Positions 1-28,564 of a stretch of 64,000 nt of DNA are shown piece after piece. Where the stretch lies: positions 12,586,001 to 12,650,000 of the forward strand of contig CM120646.1 of NCBI GenBank assembly GCA_051362555.1. The letters are read 5' to 3'. Under the pieces are notes generated by a model. It made no database searches. It was not told where the DNA came from and saw only the letters and a program-made list of their open reading frames with translations. How positions within the stretch are numbered: the first letter of the stretch is position 1; each line of letters begins with the position of its first letter. The position numbers and the translations under genes were made by a program. The stretch is from Lingula anatina. Its lineage: Eukaryota; Animalia; Brachiopoda.

Positions 1-213
1 ATTCTATACACAAAAACCGAATGCAGATTCGAACATCGTATTGTAAAACATTTATTTTTAGGCTTTTAAATAGATGGCAATTATTATACCCATTCAGTTT
101 AATTATAGGATGAAATGTGTCTTAAGAGAAATCAAAACATGTTCTTTTCAAATCAAAATACGGCCATTTAACGTAAACTGCCAACGCTTGTAAAGATTAA
201 GTTGCGCGTCATT

Positions 214-3200
214 TTACTCGTCCTGACGACAGTGGTTAATGTTCCTGTCCAGCTTCAAGGAAGGTTCTTCGCACCTGGCCTTGACAAAGTCACATCTGGA
301 AATGATATAAATATATTTTAACATTATGTTTTTTGATAGAATCTAAAACTTGCAAAAATTGATCATGCATATTTGTGCGCCGGTGCCATAATTATTTTTT
401 AATAACTGTAAGATGAATTATGCATTTCATAATTTTACAGTGTTTAATGAGAGCACACTACTGCATGTGAGAATATATATAATTATGATTTAAAATTTAA
501 GTATGTAAATTGTTTATGGTGCAAGCTCACGGCGCATTCACTCACCCAGTTGTGTACATTTTCCCGTTACTGGCGCAAAGCCTCGTGGGGCGGTTCAGTC
601 TGTCGGAGCAGCCATCTGTCTCAATCTTCTGGCATATGTCTACGGATGGTCTTGTGGGGCGAGGAGGTCTCGTGGGCGGAGGCAGTCTGGTGACGTTACT
701 GAGCACGTTCACCTGGCTCTGGCAGTGCCTGATGTTCCAGTCAACTCTCAAAGCAGGATCCTCACATCTTGCCTTGGTGAAATCACAACTGTAAAGTAAT
801 ATAAGTTTATGTTTAAGCAAAATCAACGCTGCTTATGCATACATGCAAACTTTTGGATATTTTGAAAATAGATGACAGACTTATTTGATCCAAATAAATC
901 AAAATACAAATTATCTTATTCATCTCGATACAGTGTACCTGTGAGTTTATGTATACTGGGGTTCGTTGAACAGTAAGAATAAGTGCTTCACGTACACGTT
1001 CACATGTGTCTTAATGACTTGATCAGCACTTACAACTGCAAATGAAAACAGTTGCGGTTACGTTTTCAAAATGATTTTTTTTCAAAGGTAATGTTGCAAG
1101 TTGATGGCGCTACTTTTACTCACCTGGTTGTGTACATTTTCCCATTACTGGCGCAAAGTCTTATGGGGCGGTTCATCCTGTCGGAGCAGCCGTCCTGCTC
1201 AATCCTCTGGCATATGTCTACGGATGGTCTTGTGGGACGAGGAGGTCTCGTGGGTGGAGGGAGTCTGGTGACGTTGCTGAGCACGTTCACCTGGCTCTGG
1301 CAGTGTCTGATGTTCCTGTCAATTTTCAAGGTAGCATCTTCGCATCTCGCTTTGAAGAAGTCACAACTGGAAAACAACAGTCAAGGTAACTTCTATACAC
1401 ATGCAATTTTCTTCTCTTCGTTTAGCAGTGACGTAGTTGTTGTTTTCAAAAAGGATTTTAAAAAACGTTTCTGACTCATTTTACCAGAATATTACAATAT
1501 TATAACAATATACAGACTTGGCATTTAATATGGAATATTTCAGTTTCGAATGTATGCCTAGGTAAAAATGCATCCTTTTTTCAAAAAACTCAGATCTCAT
1601 ATAAGATATGTGAATGGAGAAGTGTGTAGTCAGGTGTGTCACTTCCAATTCACTGAGTTCCAGGTTTGTTGCGCTGCTGCATTATGTAATATGCAGTGAT
1701 TTAATTGGGTAGTGCTCCTTTGGGCAGGTCAAAGCTTGGCTTTGGCAAAGCATGGTTCTTCCAAAAAAGTATCCATATGTCGGTAACTACTGCATAGAAG
1801 AATTTGAAATTTGGCATGCAAGTGGTCAGTTTTGCAAGGCGTAAAATGAGCTATGCACTGCTCCGCAAATTTGTTAATCTGCGGCAGAATGGCTCGAAAA
1901 TCCAGGCATTGCCAGACAGATAATTGCGCCAAACGAAACGGTCCGCACAGTTTTATAGAGTAATGTCCAGACTGATGCACCTACACAGAGACCACACCCA
2001 ATGTATTGAAATCTTACCACCAGGGTACAGGACGTACTGTCTGTCGGGATATGTTGTTGCAACTAAACAAAAACCACCCAGTCCGTTCAGAATGAGGGGT
2101 AAATTGCCACCAAAACGCATTTTTCAAGGCCCTTAGCGAACACCAAACTGGTTTTAGCTGGTTAGAATACCAGACGACCTCTGGGGAACCCACTGTAAAC
2201 AGCAAAACATCGCTGTATGTTTCTCTAATGAATTGGGGACCTTGACTGTTTTTGAGTTGAACACTGAAAACTCGTGGCTTTCTTTATTGAGGTCAGTTTT
2301 CACCTATACCGCTCAACTTGTCAAAACAGAATTTACAGACATCCAGAAGAGGCCAACAACTAAGCGTGTGCCGCGTTTAAAGTGACTTAGTTCATTAACA
2401 GCATCGGTAATTGGAGCGGATACCACATTGGTGCCAAAACACCAATGGTGGTCATCCACGAAAACCTGAACCAGATCAAATAAAGGAATAATCTGGGAAC
2501 CACTTGACTATCATTTGACAGGGGGCACCTTAGGAACAATTTTAGGTTGCACGGTGAAATTGCCGGTACACACAGAGCACTTTTAAAAGCAGATTACTTA
2601 CAGAACCAAGGGAATGAACAGCTACCTTGGTCATCAAAATCGCCACTTTTGAACCACATAGACAATATGTGGGTAGGCCATTACTCGCCGAATCAATGAC
2701 CTACATGTCCTACAACAAAACTGGACCAAATAGGACAGATTTTGACCGATGCCTGGAATGTTATTCCAGATTTAACTCTAAAAACCTAACCCAAGGAATG
2801 CCTTGCCCCTTGAGAGCGCTGGTAGCAGACAGAAGAGGTCAAGCGTAACAGCGACCGTTACTGTGACTAGACACTGACATGGGGGTTCTTTGTGAGGAGT
2901 AAAACTCTTTTACAGAAAATAATTTGGAAAATATGGAGATCCAAAATATCTCTTTTAATTGTTGTCGTATTACATAGAATAGGCAATGTGTTTTTGTTTG
3001 CTTCTCTGGCGAATTCCATTAATTAACTGAAGACACAATGACATCAAAAGGATAATTAAAAGTTATTAAAACCCAATTTTAAGCCTTATTTTCATTTATC
3101 AGTCAGCAAAATAGGAAAAAACTGATGAAAAATGATTTGGAAAAAATATTCCATATTAAATGTCAAGTCTGTATATGTATATTTGGAAGTTAATTAATAT

Positions 3201-4808
3201 TTTATGTGTGCATTACACGTGTGCGTGTGCGAAACGGAGGGGTTAATTAGAACTGGGAACGTGCAAAATCTGCTGAAGCTATTGTTTCACAGTTAGAAGG
3301 TATATGCCAAGTCTTAGTTGCCAGAAAACATATTTACTCACCCAGTTGTGTACATTTTCCCATTACTGGCGCAAAGCCTTGTGGGGCGGTTCATCCTGTC
3401 AGAGCAGCCATCTTTCTCAATACTCTGGCATATGTCTACGGATGGTCTTGTGGGGCGAGGAGGTCTCGTGGGTGGAGGCAGTCTGGTGACGTTGCTGAGC
3501 ACGTTCACCTGGCCCTGGAGGCAGTGTCTGATGTTCCTGTCCATTTTCAAGTCGTCGTCGGCACACTGAGCGGTGATGAAAGCGCACCTGTCATAAAACA
3601 CGCAGAAATTCATTAATAACGTTTACAGAAAATAAAGTTCATTACTATTTTTTTTAAAATGGGGATTGTAAAGTATAGTAACGTAACCTAGCTATTTGTT
3701 TGTTACCTGCTCTTTCTTTTTTTGTCGTGACAAAACATTCAATTAAAAAATAAATAAGACTAAGACGGTGAAAATAATATGTCACTAGAACTACTGTCAG
3801 TATGTGCACATATGTTTATATATATTACCAGTGCACTTTAATTGTAATTAAGCTGATATTTAAGTTAGGGAGAGGAGTTAAGAGAGAGAAAGAGAGTTGA
3901 ACAATCTACCGCATGTAGTTGTGCAATTTCTAGCGGCCATCACCTACCAGGAAGTATACATTTGCTTATCAGAGCCACATATTCTCAGATTGTTAATTTT
4001 CCACCGGTCCTGGCATCCCTTCTCCTCCAAAAGCTGGCAGCGTTCCTCCCTCGACTGCTGGCCGAGGACAGCGCCTATAGTGAATCATTGAAAATTCTGG
4101 TATTATTTAAAGAACAGAAATTCCAATATAACAAATGGTCCTGAGTGATGACCATATAACAAGAACAGTATCTGATAATATCATAATTGAGGAACCAGTA
4201 AATAATGCATATCGCGTATTTTAGTATTTTAATCCTAAAAAAAGGAATCAAAATTTTGTACCATTTTAGAAGTTGAAAATCCAGCACTTAAAACATTTTC
4301 AATGAGATTCGAAAGGAAAGAATGAAAATTGTAAAAAAAAAAACATTTAAAATTATAACTACCAACAATACACAGACACGTTCTTAATACAGAAATTCTT
4401 TTTTTGCTTTGTCCATACAGCGATTTCAGTGCAGGGTTGGCCACATCATAACATCAATAGTTACATATGTCTTATATGAATTCAATTTATTTTGCAGTCC
4501 CAGACCAAAAAAGCAAACCAAAGTACCAGGCATCACAGAAACGCAAAAGAAATGGTTAGAATTGATGCATATATCTCCTTTAAAGAAAACAAAACTAACA
4601 AACAACATCATCCAGATCTTAAAGCGACATTACACCGATTGAGACGGTTATAAATAACTTCCCTTGAACTGTAGGTTCTTGAGAATACCAAGACATGCCT
4701 TACGCGGATTACTGGAGAAAATAACCATCAGATGATAGGTTTTTGAGACCAAGTACACCTAGTTTTCATGTTACCTGCTAAAAAGATCACTGCAATTACC
4801 ACCTTCAT
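214..4808 (-). CDS. Secreted multi-Kazal-domain protein (4 Kazal-like domains, ~324 aa), 6 exons: 4808-4775, 4074-3948, 3587-3342, 1366-1124, 788-546, 295-214
   Basis: Signal peptide MKVVIAVIFLAGAVLG. After splicing, each domain reads C-x7-C-x10-C-x10-C-x6-C-x13-C, with ICGSDKQMY / LCASNGKMY matching the Kazal 'CGSDGxTY' motif. Three near-identical internal exons of 243-246 nt. All junctions are GT-AG and in frame; stop TAA at 216-214; AATAAA on the minus strand at 56-51. Confidence 0.85.
1513..3171 (+). mobile_element. Degenerate Tc1-family DNA transposon (~1.66 kb) in intron 3 of the Kazal gene
   Basis: Terminal inverted repeats CAGACTTG(G/A)CATTTAATATGGAATATTT at 1513 and ending at 3171, flanked by TA on both sides. 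2628-2672 translates WSSKSPLLNHIDNMW (Tc1 'WPxxSPDLNPIENxW' motif). A different frame ends KNLTQGMPCPLRALVADRRGQA, resembling the Tc1 C-terminus. Frameshifted, so non-functional. Confidence 0.85.
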
Positions 4809-4860
4809 GTTCTTGGACGAAGTTTTCTGCGCCAGTGCCCGTCCTATGCCCGCCAGTGAC

Positions 4861-4867
4861 TTATATA
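4861..4867 (-). promoter_or_regulatory. Probable TATA box of the Kazal gene
   Basis: TATATAA on the minus strand about 55 nt upstream of the ATG at 4808. Confidence 0.45.
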
Positions 4868-4993
4868 CGATAATCGCCTCCGTAAAGATTAAGATGTGGA
4901 AGGTGCGAATACGACGGCTGCTGCGTAGGCAACGTTATGACATAGAACTAATCCGAGATTTCCGGTATGGGTAAAAACCAGTTGCAACTTGCA

Positions 4994-4995
<2 letters not shown>

Positions 4996-5062
<67 letters not shown>
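4996..5062. repeat. (TA)n microsatellite
   Basis: Direct inspection. Confidence 0.95.
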
Positions 5063-5067
<5 letters not shown>

Positions 5068-7116
5068 GACAGTAGAAGCGTCAACCCTTGAATCAGAGTA
5101 ATCAAATAATAATTAATAATCAAGTAATCAATAATCAAAGTAGGCAGATATTGAGTACTTATAATGCCTGGTCTACATTTTTTTTGTGAAATTTGATGTT
5201 AATAAACTGATACCAGGGGCATATTACACCACAGTCCTTTGTCTTCCCCAAAGTATTGGTTCAGTAGGGGGTGACACTTCTATATATATATATATATAAG
5301 CCTCCCCGTGGCCCTGATAGAGGGCTGTACATCAACAAAAGGGGATTCCTATGACAAAAAATGAGGCAATATAGTTGTACCACATGTAGCATTAATGTAA
5401 TAATTGCAACTAGAAGGAGTTAGGCTCCTGCTAAATGTTTGTGTATATTAAGTCTAGGTGGGCTATTTTTGGGTCATTTTCTTTCACTAAGCAGCCGTAA
5501 GCACACATAGTGTCTGATGTTTCACTATGACTTCTTCATACGCTAGATGTGCCCGAGTACAAGTAATCGAAAACACTTCGCAATTTTACTTTTATTTTTA
5601 TCATATAGAACATTCGTCAGAAACTCATAACAACTGGACTTTAGCCAAAAAGTGTGACAAGGGCTTAAGATAGCAGGGTTGTGCCACTGATGAAATCTCA
5701 CGGTCTTTCATGACTGTTTTTAACTTGGATATGTCAATCAATTTTGAGACACTGTCCACATAAGCACATGCGTGCACATGTAGGTATGAAAATGTGGGGT
5801 CCCATGTGATTTCTTCTAGGTAGGATTATAGTCATAGTATTTGGAGTTAGTATATGGGACGAATGTCAACTGTACACAGTAATGGGTATCGGACCACGGT
5901 TCCTAACGGACTACCATTCCTGTCGAATCGGCATAGCTTTACATGCAGTTTCTACAGTACCTTAATTGTGCTTCTTGCAGTTTCTTGTAGATAGTCTTGG
6001 TATTTCCAGTTAAAGGATTTGGAATATACCGTGTCGTGTTCAATCGATCTCAACAGAGCTACTTATGTTGACCCTCCCTCCATTGTTTTCTATTCATTTT
6101 ATTTTGTTTGCTTTTGGATTATTACTTCATTTACACCATTAAAACTCTTCCTTTGGCCTTCTCTAGCTGCTGTGATTTATCTGTGAGCACAATCTATTTA
6201 AAGAAATCTTTTTAAACTACTGTTAATTAAATAAAGTCTTTTTAGACTACTGGTCCTTCATGTCACTGCATGGTGTTAGGATGTACTGTTCCAAAACAGA
6301 AGAATTCCCGTCTTTCAGTTTCTCATCCCCTCCTTCACGATATGGCCATCACCTCTGTTAAAATGTGTCATAACCATCATCATTATCATCCTCATTTCTC
6401 CCACAATGTTGTAATCATCTCTCACACATTCTGAGAAGCATCTCTATCACATTTCTGTAAAACGCGGCGCTTATCATTTCATGTTGATATCATGGTTGTA
6501 GAACATAGTGCTATGCATGTTTTTATTTCCTACATGGATGAATGACATTCTGTGCTTGGGGATCAACGAACATTTGAATATGGTCTTGATGGGTATACAA
6601 ACACACTTTCATACAACGCGGTGGCGATTTAAGTTTAAAAGACATCGCTGAACCACCAACAATCCATGTTTTTGTACAACAGCTTTGGAACACCTTCGTG
6701 TCTTATATTTATTGTACGTTATTACTTGCTTTACGGGTACATATATAATATATTTGCAACAAAACCAGCATACTTTTATATATAATTTCATTGGCCTTGC
6801 CTAACTACGTAAAACTGCATGGACGCAGGCACTTGTGCACATGCACTGTATATGTGAAGTTGCTGGTCACTTCAAAACTGGTCAAAGTTCCAGTGTATAT
6901 TGTCCATAGTCTTTATGTCGTTCAAGAACTTTATGAGGAGATCACCAAAGTCAATTTAATATTAAAGTAGGTTGAACATTAACGTATATTTAAATTTGAT
7001 TAAATGCAATAGCCCCGAAATGACATAAGCTTACTAAGTGCTGATTAATATCTGTACACAGAAGACTAAATCAACTTTCGCTACTGTATAGTCAGTTTAC
7101 TCGATACACAATTAAT

Positions 7117-9151
7117 ATGCTGTCAGCAATTCTGCTGTTATTTACCGGTAAGTATATGTTTTCTTGTAGACAAAATCATAAAAAGTGTAGGCTTCATTGT
7201 ACATCCCTACGGCGTATTTAATAGAGGACTTTACATATATATGTCGGCTATCACGACATTTTATAAATCACGAGTTGAACGCGACACGTGACAAAGTCAG
7301 ATGTTACGATGGATGCTTGAGTACCAGAATTAGTAGAACAAGCGCATTCCACTTTTTTAGGTTAACGAGATAGGAATTATACATACACTATATGTCCAAT
7401 AATCTGTTATAATACATTTATTACTGCCTACATGTAAAAAATGTAATAGCATTTGCCTTGTTAGGAGTTTCGGTTTCGGTGAATAGAAATGTTCACCTAT
7501 CATTTGATTAGCGTCCTGCTGAGCGTAGTTTAAAGCTAAATGAGGGCCTACAACATACTCGTAAAGAAATTGTGTTCTTGTGCTCAGTTATTTATCCTTT
7601 CAACGTCTCCCATTGTCTTGACATGACTCATGTATGTGCCACCCATGAGTTCTAAACTGCTATGGTAATTAATATGAACAAAATGAAGATCCCTTCACTC
7701 TGTGTCACAGCCGAGGAATTTCATTTCTAGCCGTATTCGCCACCATATCGTCATCGGAAATTGAGTTTCACTGTGATTTTGACACATCCTGGTGTGGCTT
7801 TGAGAACAGCTACCATGATCAGTTCAACTGGGTGAGAACAACGGGCGTGACCCCAACCAATCAAACTGGACCCGATGCTGACCATACGTCCGGGAAAGGT
7901 AGGCGTTCGGCAAAGGGTGTGCTTCGGCTGACGTGGGTAAGACGTCTAATTAGTGCGTCGGGACGGTTTAAGACGTCGAATTGGTGTGTCGGGACGGTTA
8001 AAGACGTCTAACTGGTGTGTCGGGACGGTTAGACGTCTAACTGGTTGAGCCACCCAGTGCATAATTTTGTTGAGATAAAATAAGCTGTGCTGATCGCACA
8101 TTAATTTAACTGTCCGCTATATTTGCAACTATTAAAGGGCCCGATCTTGGTATTTTCTAAAAGAAAATTGCGACCGCCCTTGCAAAGCACAGCACGAATA
8201 TTATATAATGTGATACTTTTAGTTTTACACGTTCTTTTTAAGTTGATATATGTGCCGTTAATTCGTATATTCCAGGCATGTACGCGCACATAGAAGCCTC
8301 GCCTCCACGGGTCACAGGGGACGACGCCAGCCTGGCCAAAACACTGGGGAACTCAACAGAGAAACGCTGCCTTTCCTTCTGGTATCACATGTATGGCCGT
8401 ACCCTGGGGAGTCTTAACGTGAGGACGACGGCGGGGAGGCTGTTTTGGGGTAAAACAGGTAAAAGATTCAGGGTGAAGAGAGCTAAAATAAACCATAAAG
8501 GTAATGTTTATGTTTAAAAAAAGAGCGGTAGCCGTTTTGAATTCAGCGTGGATTATCCGGAGCGTTTGTATTGCCAACTTTTATTGCGGACAATATTGAA
8601 TAATAGCAAAAAACATTCCTTAGATAACGCTCCACCTGTAAGTGAGGGAACTCATGTACAGTAGGTAATATTGTTCCTATTTAAAATAAAATTAATTTTC
8701 GATAAATAGAATACACAGCAGTAATTTTGCAGGTACGGTTTTTGTACTTGGAACACACTTGTTTTATGTTCCTTAACGTCACTCTGATAAAAAGTTACGA
8801 TATTAAGTAAATAAAAATCATATTAATCCTGTAAGGTGACCAAGGAAACCTGTGGCACGAAGAAGTTCTAGATTTGCCAGCAGGGAGCTATAGCGTCATC
8901 TTCAAGGCAGTGCGTGGCGGCGGCGCTTGGGGAGATATCGCCATAGATGACGTCACGATTGTGACAGGCTCTTGCAACAATGTTGGAAACGGTATGCAAG
9001 GCGACTATCGTGAGCTTACGGAATGTTATCACGCTTGGGGTTTATCTATTTATCCATTCGTTTGTTGGTTTAAAGTAAATACCCCGAGGAAATGCCTTTC
9101 TAAAGACGTCTTTACGGTATGATGTAATTTCTCCGAGATATTTTCGATTAA

Positions 9152-9200
<49 letters not shown>

Positions 9201-10353
9201 TTCTAGATACCAAATTATGGCCAACGCCTGGCACGAGTACAACCACCACAGACACTACAACCACTTCAACCACTACAACCACTTCAACCATAACGCCACA
9301 TACGCCAAGACCAGCCAGGTTCAGATACAGCACAACACAGAGACCGATTGGTTTGCATGCAGATCCTCTGAAAGGTAGCGTATATTCTCTTAGAAACAAT
9401 ACACATTTGCTCATCTAAATGTAAATTTTAATTATTGCTTTGGTTTGTAAATGAGTACTATTTATTCCCTGTGTAAAATTCCTCTCGTTGTGACTATGAC
9501 AGCTTTTAAAATTCCTCTCGTTGTGACTATGACATCTTTTAGGGGTGTCTCTTCCTCAGATCTGTAATTCAAACAGGCACGCGTCAACGTCTCGGCGCTT
9601 TTGTGGTACACATTATGACTTATCTCCTTGGTACAGATATGACTTCCTTAATCTACGTATAATTGTGAAATGTCAATCATCTCCCTGGAAAAGATGCAGT
9701 TTACTTATAAAGGGATATTTATTTTACAAATTAGATCACATTCCACTGATCGCCGGGGCTGGAGCTGGAGGGTTTGTTGCCTTGGTCGTCACAACGCTTG
9801 CTATCTTCTTCTTAAGAAGGTAACTATTTTTGCATAAACAAAGGCACATGCCTTTCATCAGTTAAATCTTACACGTTAGACTTTGTCAGTTTTTTCACCA
9901 GATACACTGTACTCCAACATATCGGTGTTTGGACATCGGTGAAAATGACGTATTTAATAGTGATACTCACAGGTTTTTAATATAATTGCGCATAGGTTTT
10001 ATGCATTTTACTTATACATTTTACCACTTATTTCGACAGTGTAAGATCGAAGCAGTGTTTCCTTACCTCATTATCATAATTGAATGTCAGTCGAATAACG
10101 TCATTTTATTGAAGAAAATTAGACTGCCGTCAGTTATTTTCCTATTCTATTTTCTAGGCGACTTGTACGTTCTTCGGACAATCCCGACTACCTGACACCA
10201 GGAAAGCCAGACTTCAACCGCTCTGAATCCCATGATTCTTCAGTAAACTTTTCTAACTCTATAGACATAGGAGCCGTCGTTACGCTAGGTCCGGGCCGCG
10301 AGGTCGCCGTGGAAAACCCCTTGTTTGGAATCAACACGGACAGTAAGGCGTAA
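7117..10353 (+). CDS. R1: single-MAM, short mucin stalk, TM receptor-like protein (~328 aa), 7 exons: 7117-7147, 7731-7898, 8276-8458, 8836-8991, 9207-9374, 9735-9819, 10158-10353
   Basis: Signal MLSAILLLFTAVFATISS. MAM motifs CDFDTSWCGF, TGPDADHT, CLSFWYHMYG, GDIAIDDV. Thr-rich exon, TM HIPLIAGAGAGGFVALVVTTLAIFFLRR, tail with NPDY and ENPLFG. AATAAA at 10624. Confidence 0.88.
7940..8045. repeat. Intronic minisatellite, ~30-bp unit x ~3.5
   Basis: agacgtctaa(t/c)tggtgtgtcgggacggtt repeated just after R1 exon 2. Confidence 0.85.
9153..9200. repeat. (ATT)n microsatellite abutting the R1 exon 5 acceptor
   Basis: Direct inspection. Confidence 0.9.
9477..9540. repeat. Short direct duplication (~32 bp x2)
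   Basis: aaattcctctcgttgtgactatgaca occurs twice in tandem. Confidence 0.85.
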
Positions 10354-11563
10354 CTGTGTAGCCCAGGCTTGTTACCTTATCTCTGAACTGTCACGTAAGA
10401 CCACACAATTTGTAAGAGTCGAAAGCTGAGGAAGAAATTATCAAATAGATTCAAAGCCCCGAACGCATGTATTGACGTTATACATACATAGACAAATGGC
10501 ATGTAGGATGTAAACCTCCGAACCGAAATTTGCATTATATTCTATGCCACGGATGACCTCAATCTGCAGTTTTACATTATTTTTCTTTAACTGGATTCAG
10601 GTATTTTGTGATATGAAACTTAAAATAAATCTTGTAAGGAATAAATGATGTTGTGTTCGTGATAAAGCATTGCAGGATTCTGTTGTACATTTCTACTCTT
10701 TTCGTTATGAATGTTTTTGGCATCAGTAGTGTTACTACATGTAGTGCATTTGTACTTGCACGTACATAAACAAAGGATGTTCACTCAATCTATTTAACGT
10801 CACAGCAATTTAAGATTGTATTATTGCAATGAATCAACAATAGGAGATAAGAGCGCGACATTGTTTTATTTACTGAAATGATATAACCTGTCGCGCTAAT
10901 ACACTGCGATATTCAATTAATACTTGAGATTACTTATCTATTTAAGAGTCTTGTGTCTGCGATAACAATGAAGGTAAATACTAATATCGGTAGCGACACT
11001 GAATTATACTTAATATCTCAGTATGTCAACAACGCAAATTGTAAATTACCGTATTACTATATTAACTTAATTAAAAACGACGGAGAGGATGACAACATAA
11101 TAACATTGCAGTTGCAATTGCACTAGAAGTCGCAATGCAAGGGTGGCATTTATAAATGGCGTAAATTAGTCCATATATGGCATTTTTGTCGCGTTTTTAA
11201 TATATTCCCTGCGATGTCCTGTGTTTATATCGGCGTCTTACCAATTATTAAATATAACATATCCAAATGCAATTCAAAACCATTAAATAAATAAAATCTT
11301 GTCTCAAATATCATTGCCTTTCCCAGCTTAGTTTGTACACAAGGCCTATTTCAGTCATACATTGATAATCAATAGGACCTCTGGTTAATTTTTACATGAA
11401 AACACCCCTTTCTCTTAAATCCATTTTCTTCTATATATGAAAATATTAAAAGTGGCAAAAGGTTTAAAAATTATTTTTCATCAACATCGGTTTCAACATA
11501 CATGTACTTAAACTTAATGCTTTGTCATAATAGCAAAGCGTTTTGACGTGAATTTTAACGACA

Positions 11564-26589
<15,026 letters not shown>

Positions 26590-27578
26590 TTTACACTGAA
26601 TAAGGACAGTTCAGTTGACAACGACGCTCATGGAATCTAGGGTGACTGCTAGCGGTTAATTTTATGCGATTTATTGCGGTGACAGTAATACATGTTATAA
26701 CCTGTTTGTAATCAGGACCTGTTATCTTGATGGCACTTGTAGGTTAATCTTTACTTTCTCAATCTCTTATCAGATATCTTACAACTAGTATTAGTTCTAT
26801 CTGAGCCTCCTAATATAAATAATCCGAATTGACTAGGCATTTACTGTAAACTGTTTCTTTTTGACTGTGACTAATTTTAGTTCCTGATAACTGAGAAAGG
26901 AATTAATTTGGAAACTTATACGAGTTGTACTTTCATTAGGGCTAGATTATAATTTGACAGTAACCCCTTGATACACAGGCATATCAACATCCCGCTGTTA
27001 TACCGGTTTATTTAGCTTCGCTTTCATACATGTAGAAAAAGAAACCGAGAACACACGTGACTAATTTCATTTTGGAGGAAGACGGATGGTTTTAAGAACG
27101 AACAAGGTTCTCAGGTCGCTGCTTCCATGTCTGCTTAAATCCAACTCAGTCAAGGAGAAGTGCAGAGTTATTGCCTGTAACTTAATCATTATCGGTCACC
27201 TTGCTTCTTGTCACGAAAGGAACTACATGAAGATAGGGGAACGTGTGAAATAGACGACGAAACAGTGCTGAGTTTTTGTTTTATATTTTATTGATTTGTC
27301 AGGAATCCTAAACACGTTTATAAACAGCAGCAATTCCCTGATATAAGGTCAGACAAATTTTAACGTGCTAGAAATAACTTTTTTCGTGCCTGTTTTTTTA
27401 TGCATTGAGATCAGAATTGGTTTGGTAAGTGGGAACATTCAGAATTGTTCCCAAGAACAATATCTTTATGCTGATGTTTTTCTTTTACTCTAAGATCGCC
27501 TACATTCTGTTTTTGACAATAGCAACACCCCTTAAAAATATAAAAACACCAAACGTCATTAAATTTAGCTGCTACGAA

Positions 27579-27580
<2 letters not shown>

Positions 27581-27645
<65 letters not shown>
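27581..27645. repeat. (TA)n microsatellite
   Basis: Direct inspection. Confidence 0.95.
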
Positions 27646-27646
<1 letters not shown>

Positions 27647-28564
27647 CAAAATACGTGTCTACTGTGTATACAGGGTTGCCTTCCGATTTGTCTGGACTAA
27701 ATGACAAGGTCAAGTATTCGGAGTTCTAAACAGAGTCAGTTCTGAACAAGCACACAAACTGCGACAGATATTTGTCGGATTCGAGAGAAGTGTAATTACG
27801 ACAGGAAACCATTACAGTTTATTTCAATAGAAATAAGATATAAACTGAGGAGATACCGCTTGCTATCAGATGTTTTATTCGTTTATTCTTTTCAAACATT
27901 TGCAAGAAAACGGCAACAAGTGTAATGGTGGATTAAGTTCCCCCCAAATGAATATAACATTCACAGATTATATTTTCCAAAGCATCCCATGCTCAAAACA
28001 AATTATACGTAACAAATTGCTAATTCACTGAGTAGTGACTTAACTTCATATATTGTAGTTAAACAGTCCACTTTCGCTCGTGACCTGGCACTTTTACTAT
28101 GCTTATCAACATAAAGAAGGTCATGAAACCACTGGATGAAATATCTACATGTATCGTATATTATAACTGTTCACCAGCATGACAGGTGAAATAGTCAGTT
28201 ATTTTCTGCAGTCCATGTCATTCCCAAACCAAGAACATGATTTCATAATGTTACCGGTATATATTGTTTATAGATACTTAATAACAACCAATACGAACTT
28301 TGATAGTGTGCGAGCTAATTGCTCGAACAAAGGTGTGACTGACCAAAAGCAAAATGGACAAACTGTATGTAAATTAATTAAATAGGTCGTTAGATAAATG
28401 TAGCCTTTATGTGGACGAAACAGCTACACATATATCTCATTATCTATCAAACACCTAACGTCAAGTAGCTTAGACTCTCCGCAAAGTGTCTTATCTATCG
28501 CTGGATGACAGTGGTGATGAAAACAATAGTAATATTCGACCAGCATCACTTACAATAAATGTAA

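Noticed and set aside
510-3569. Three similar plus-strand ORFs (FTHPVVYIFPLLAQSL...)
   Set aside because: Antisense of the duplicated Kazal exons; similarity stops at the minus-strand splice sites.
5200-6760. Possible decayed mobile-element coding sequence between the Kazal gene and R1
   Set aside because: No ORF, terminal repeat or protein motif that I could identify; needs a repeat-library search.
7940-8045. ~30-bp repeats resembling a CRISPR array (also the 33- and 42-bp repeats)
   Set aside because: Head-to-tail units with no unique spacers, no cas genes, eukaryotic context.
27411-27713. ORFs with IYIYIY / ERERER / CVCVCV / NNNN runs (also 4935, 9042, 43093, 58203)
   Set aside because: Translations of microsatellites.
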